A program made the translations under genes and the position numbers. Shown in pieces: positions 51,259 through 54,169 of a stretch of DNA of 54,169 nt (its first letter is position 1; each line of letters begins with the position of its first letter). The notes under the pieces were generated by a model, which worked only from the letters and a program-made list of their open reading frames with translations, searched no databases and was not told the DNA's origin. Source of the stretch: a virus (lineage: Duplodnaviria; Caudoviricetes). The stretch is taken from positions 1 through 54,169 of IMG/VR virus record IMGVR_UViG_3300048839_000345, one strand, 5' to 3'.

Positions 51259-52199
51259 TGGCTGATATTTTTAACCTCTCCGACACCTGGAACGACGGCG
51301 CGACAACCTTCTCCGCCATCAAGATGGACGTCACCGACACCGCCTCGGCATCCGGCTCGCTGCTGATGGATTTGCAGGTGGGGGGGGGTAGTCGGTTTAG
51401 CGTAAAGAAAAACGGCGATATAAATATTATTAGCGGCGCCACCGTTACAAGCTCCAACTTGATTTATTTTGGTGGCGGGGGTCAGACCGGAATTAACTCT
51501 GCATTTTCTGTCAATAGTCAGGCCCTAACAGTAAACGGAGCGAAATATTTAGGGTGGGGATCAAATCCTGCTGCTACCGCCGACGTACAACTCTACCGAG
51601 ACGCCGCCGACACCCTAGCGCAGAGACGCAGCACGAACCCGCAGGCGTTTCGCGCCTATAATACGTACACGGACGCTTCGAATTATGAACGCGGCAAGAT
51701 CGCTTGGGAAAGCAACGTCCTCCGCATCGGCACCGAGAAGGCTGGCACAGGCTCCGCACGGGCGCTGGAGTTGCAGACGGATGGGGTGACGCGGGTTACG
51801 ATTGCGACGACAGGCGCGGCGACGTTCGCGCAACAAATATTGACTCAAACAACGGGAAATTCGGCTAATCCTGTGATAGCTTTTACTGGCGACACAGATA
51901 CGGGAATTTTTCGGCGTGTAGCAAATGCGATAAGTTTTTCTGCGGGCGGTGTTGAAAGGGTTGCTTTGGGAGATAAATTTTATCTGCCCTCAGCGGGTGA
52001 ATTTGTTTGGTATGATAATGTTTTAGGCGCTGGCGGATCAACAATAGATGTTGGTGTAAAGAGATCAGCCGCCGGACAACTTCAAATTACTGACGGCTCT
52101 ACTGGCACCGGACAGCTTATCTTTATTGTGCCAACATCCGACCCCGGCATTACCGGCGCGCTTTGGAATAACGGCGGCGCACTCGCAATTAGCGCATAA
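51258..52199 (+). CDS. Putative fiber/structural protein
   Basis: 313 aa Gly/Thr/Ala-rich; ends PTSDPGITGALWNNGGALAISA; mosaic GC. Confidence 0.65.
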   Translation: MADIFNLSDTWNDGATTFSAIKMDVTDTASASGSLLMDLQVGGGSRFSVKKNGDINIISGATVTSSNLIYFGGGGQTGINSAFSVNSQALTVNGAKYLGWGSNPAATADVQLYRDAADTLAQRRSTNPQAFRAYNTYTDASNYERGKIAWESNVLRIGTEKAGTGSARALELQTDGVTRVTIATTGAATFAQQILTQTTGNSANPVIAFTGDTDTGIFRRVANAISFSAGGVERVALGDKFYLPSAGEFVWYDNVLGAGGSTIDVGVKRSAAGQLQITDGSTGTGQLIFIVPTSDPGITGALWNNGGALAISA

Positions 52200-52209
52200 G
52201 GAACCCTCG

Positions 52210-52362
52210 ATGACCATCACCCTAACCGAAGCCGAAGCCCAAACCCTCGTTAACCTGCTCGACAGCGCCGTCAAAGCGATTGGCCTGTCAGCAGCCCCCG
52301 CCGCCCTTGGCATCTTTAACAAGCTTAAGGAAGCCGCAGAACCACAGGAGCCAGCAGAATGA
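52210..52362 (+). CDS. Small hypothetical protein (possible fiber chaperone)
   Basis: SD AAGGA; MTITLTEAEAQTLVNLLDSAVKA. Confidence 0.6.
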   Translation: MTITLTEAEAQTLVNLLDSAVKAIGLSAAPAALGIFNKLKEAAEPQEPAE

Positions 52363-52568
52363 GCTACACCATCACCATCGTTGACGGATACGTCCAGACG
52401 ACCGACCCGATTGAGACCAACGCCGCTTACATGGATATGGTCTGCAACATGGCCGCTCTCAGCTACGCCACCCAATACGGCACCGCGACGTCTGAGGAAG
52501 GCATCACTGCCGCTCGGCTTGCGTTCAATGCGGCGCTGCCACAACCGGCTGAAGAGCCTGCGGAATAA
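52359..52568 (+). CDS. Hypothetical protein
   Basis: 69 aa, ATGA-coupled. Confidence 0.6.
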   Translation: MSYTITIVDGYVQTTDPIETNAAYMDMVCNMAALSYATQYGTATSEEGITAARLAFNAALPQPAEEPAE

Positions 52569-52570
52569 CC

Positions 52571-52909
52571 ATGTACACCGAAAGCCTCGTCGCCATCACG
52601 CCCGCTGACTTCCGCGACACTGCCGAGCAGCTTGGCATGGCGATGGGGCATTCTGGCCATGAGTTCAGCGTGCCGCTGTACACGGGCGCGGATCTTACCC
52701 ACTACGGACTTCACGCATGGGTGACGCCCGAAGCGGCTGCGGTCTGGCTGGGTGAGGCTTACCCACCGGACACGGGCTACACAGACGAGCAGATCGACGC
52801 TGTGCGCTCGCAACTGATTATCTCATGCCTCGAAGGCGTTGTGCCTCGGGAGCATTTTGATGGGGTGCTGGCGGAGAATGGGCTCGCTGCGGAAACGGTG
52901 CCGGTGTGA
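52571..52909 (+). CDS. Hypothetical protein
   Basis: 112 aa, in operon. Confidence 0.65.
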   Translation: MYTESLVAITPADFRDTAEQLGMAMGHSGHEFSVPLYTGADLTHYGLHAWVTPEAAAVWLGEAYPPDTGYTDEQIDAVRSQLIISCLEGVVPREHFDGVLAENGLAAETVPV

Positions 52910-53013
52910 TCACTTTCATTATCGGCCTCATCCTCGGCGGTATGATCGGCACTTTGGTCATGGCGGTGATTTGCGCAGGCACGCTCAACAGCGCGTCCAC
53001 GGATGGCGAGTAG
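52906..53013 (+). CDS. 35-aa hydrophobic peptide (not in ORF track)
   Basis: GTGA-coupled; MITFIIGLILGGMIGTLVMAVICAG... Confidence 0.5.
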   Translation: MITFIIGLILGGMIGTLVMAVICAGTLNSASTDGE

Positions 53014-53016
53014 AGT
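52988..53016 (+). promoter_or_regulatory. Degenerate putative late promoter motif
   Basis: ACAGC-GCG-TCCAC-N10-TAGAGT upstream of scaffold. Confidence 0.4.
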
Positions 53017-53037
53017 GGGCAAATACAAGGAGTTCCC

Positions 53038-53997
53038 ATGTCCGAAGCTGATACTCTCGTAACCCCCTCTGCCGCGCCGGCGGCGCCTGCTGCTGTTGTC
53101 GCTCCTTCTCCAGCGCCAGCGCCCGGTGCGGCAGATCCTGCTCAGCCTGCGGTGTCCCTATCCGCTGCAGAAGCTGAGCCTGCGGGCGCCGGCGACAATT
53201 CGGACTGGCGCCTGGTGCTCGCAGGTGAAGACGCGAAGATGCGTGAGAACCTTGAGCGCTTTGCGACGCCGCAGGACTTCTACAAGTCGTTCACCGACAC
53301 GCAGACCGCGCTGCGCAACAAGACTGAAGGCATGATCAAGCTGCCGGGCGAGAACGCCACGGACGAGGATCGCGCTGCCTTTGCCAAGGCGCTGGGTATT
53401 CCCGAGGCGCCGGACAAGTATGAGCGCGCTGCGCCGCCTGAGGGGCTGGAACTGTCGGACGCCGACAAGCAATTTCTCGACGGCGCGCTGGCTGACCTGC
53501 ACAAGCAGGGTGGCTTTGCGGCGCATCCGGAGGTCGTGAAGACGCTGGAGACGTTTTATCACAAAGCCATGCAGGAGCAGGCCGCCCAGATGGCGGCGGC
53601 TGCCGTGACGAAGGCGACTGAAGCCCGGCAGATGCTGCAGAAGATCTACGGAAACAATCTTGACCTTGAAATGAAGCATGCCAATGCGGCGCTAACCGCG
53701 TTTGGTCCGCGTGATCCGGAGAAGGCGAAAGAGTTCCTCAATCGTCAGATGGCGGATGGCACCAGGGTCGGTGACGATCCTGAGATGATCCAGCTGCTGA
53801 TCCGCGCGAGCCGCGCGACGCAGGAAGACCCGAATTTCCTGGCGACCCTGAGCGATGGCATGCCGGCCAACGCTTCGGACGTCCAGTCCAAGATCAACGA
53901 CATCATGAAAACCCGGGGTACCCCGGAGTATGCGCAGCGCGAAGGCGAACTGAAACAGCTGATCGCGCAGCGTGAACGACTTTCCGGGCGGGGCTGA
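53038..53997 (+). CDS. Capsid scaffolding/assembly protein
   Basis: Ala/Pro-rich N-terminus, IKLPGENAT...LGIPEAPDKY, GDDPEMI; precedes capsid across junction. Confidence 0.82.
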   Translation: MSEADTLVTPSAAPAAPAAVVAPSPAPAPGAADPAQPAVSLSAAEAEPAGAGDNSDWRLVLAGEDAKMRENLERFATPQDFYKSFTDTQTALRNKTEGMIKLPGENATDEDRAAFAKALGIPEAPDKYERAAPPEGLELSDADKQFLDGALADLHKQGGFAAHPEVVKTLETFYHKAMQEQAAQMAAAAVTKATEARQMLQKIYGNNLDLEMKHANAALTAFGPRDPEKAKEFLNRQMADGTRVGDDPEMIQLLIRASRATQEDPNFLATLSDGMPANASDVQSKINDIMKTRGTPEYAQREGELKQLIAQRERLSGRG

Positions 53998-54169
53998 GCT
54001 TCTGACCGGCAGGCAATGGGCCGCTCTGGCGATGGGCGGTTTCGGAGCCACGCGGCTTATCCGGTAACGGACCCGCGCACTAAATCGAGGTGACTGCCGG
54101 ACCCCGAAAGGGCTTATCCGAATGTTTGCCGGATCGCCGTGAGCCCTAATGTTCAACCTCATAAAGAGG
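53996..54169. repeat. Terminal direct repeat, right copy
   Basis: Matches 1-174 with two mismatches. Confidence 0.97.

Noticed and set aside
1-54169. Alternative genetic code or T7-like RNA polymerase phage
   Set aside because: Genes tile densely under the standard code, and no single-subunit RNA polymerase or family A DNA polymerase is recognisable

Overview
This window is an apparently complete, circularly assembled genome (unit length about 53,995 bp; bases 1-174 recur at 53996-54169 with two mismatches) of a GC-rich, short-tailed dsDNA phage. The host is most likely an Alphaproteobacterium, judged from GcrA-like, GTA-head-spike-like and DnaK-derived genes. It has T7/APSE/BPP-1-style virion genes but no RNA polymerase: terminase, portal, scaffold, capsid, tail tubular A/B, three ejection proteins including a 3971-aa polyvalent giant, and a tail fiber. 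It also has a lysis cassette containing an Hsp70, one tRNA-Thr, a lambda-like cI/cro switch with operators but no integrase, a RusA/Sak4/SSB/exonuclease/helicase/prim-pol replication module and an iteron-rich origin. The most unusual observations are: (1) two acidic micro-ORFs nested in the +1 frame of the giant ejection protein, each ending at a repeated DDTLGQ module junction (candidate cassette-linked antidotes); (2) a dif-like 11-6-11 site where attP would be expected in an integrase-less temperate phage; (3) isolated GcrA, DnaA-domain-IV and CtrA/OmpR-like DNA-binding domains; (4) a lid-less Hsp70 coupled to a GH24 endolysin carrying a natural Thr-to-Glu change at the T4 lysozyme T26 position; (5) a structured capsid-leader RNA; (6) a five-copy late-promoter motif; (7) a split tail-nozzle gene. 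All assignments come from motif recognition by eye; no database searches were run.
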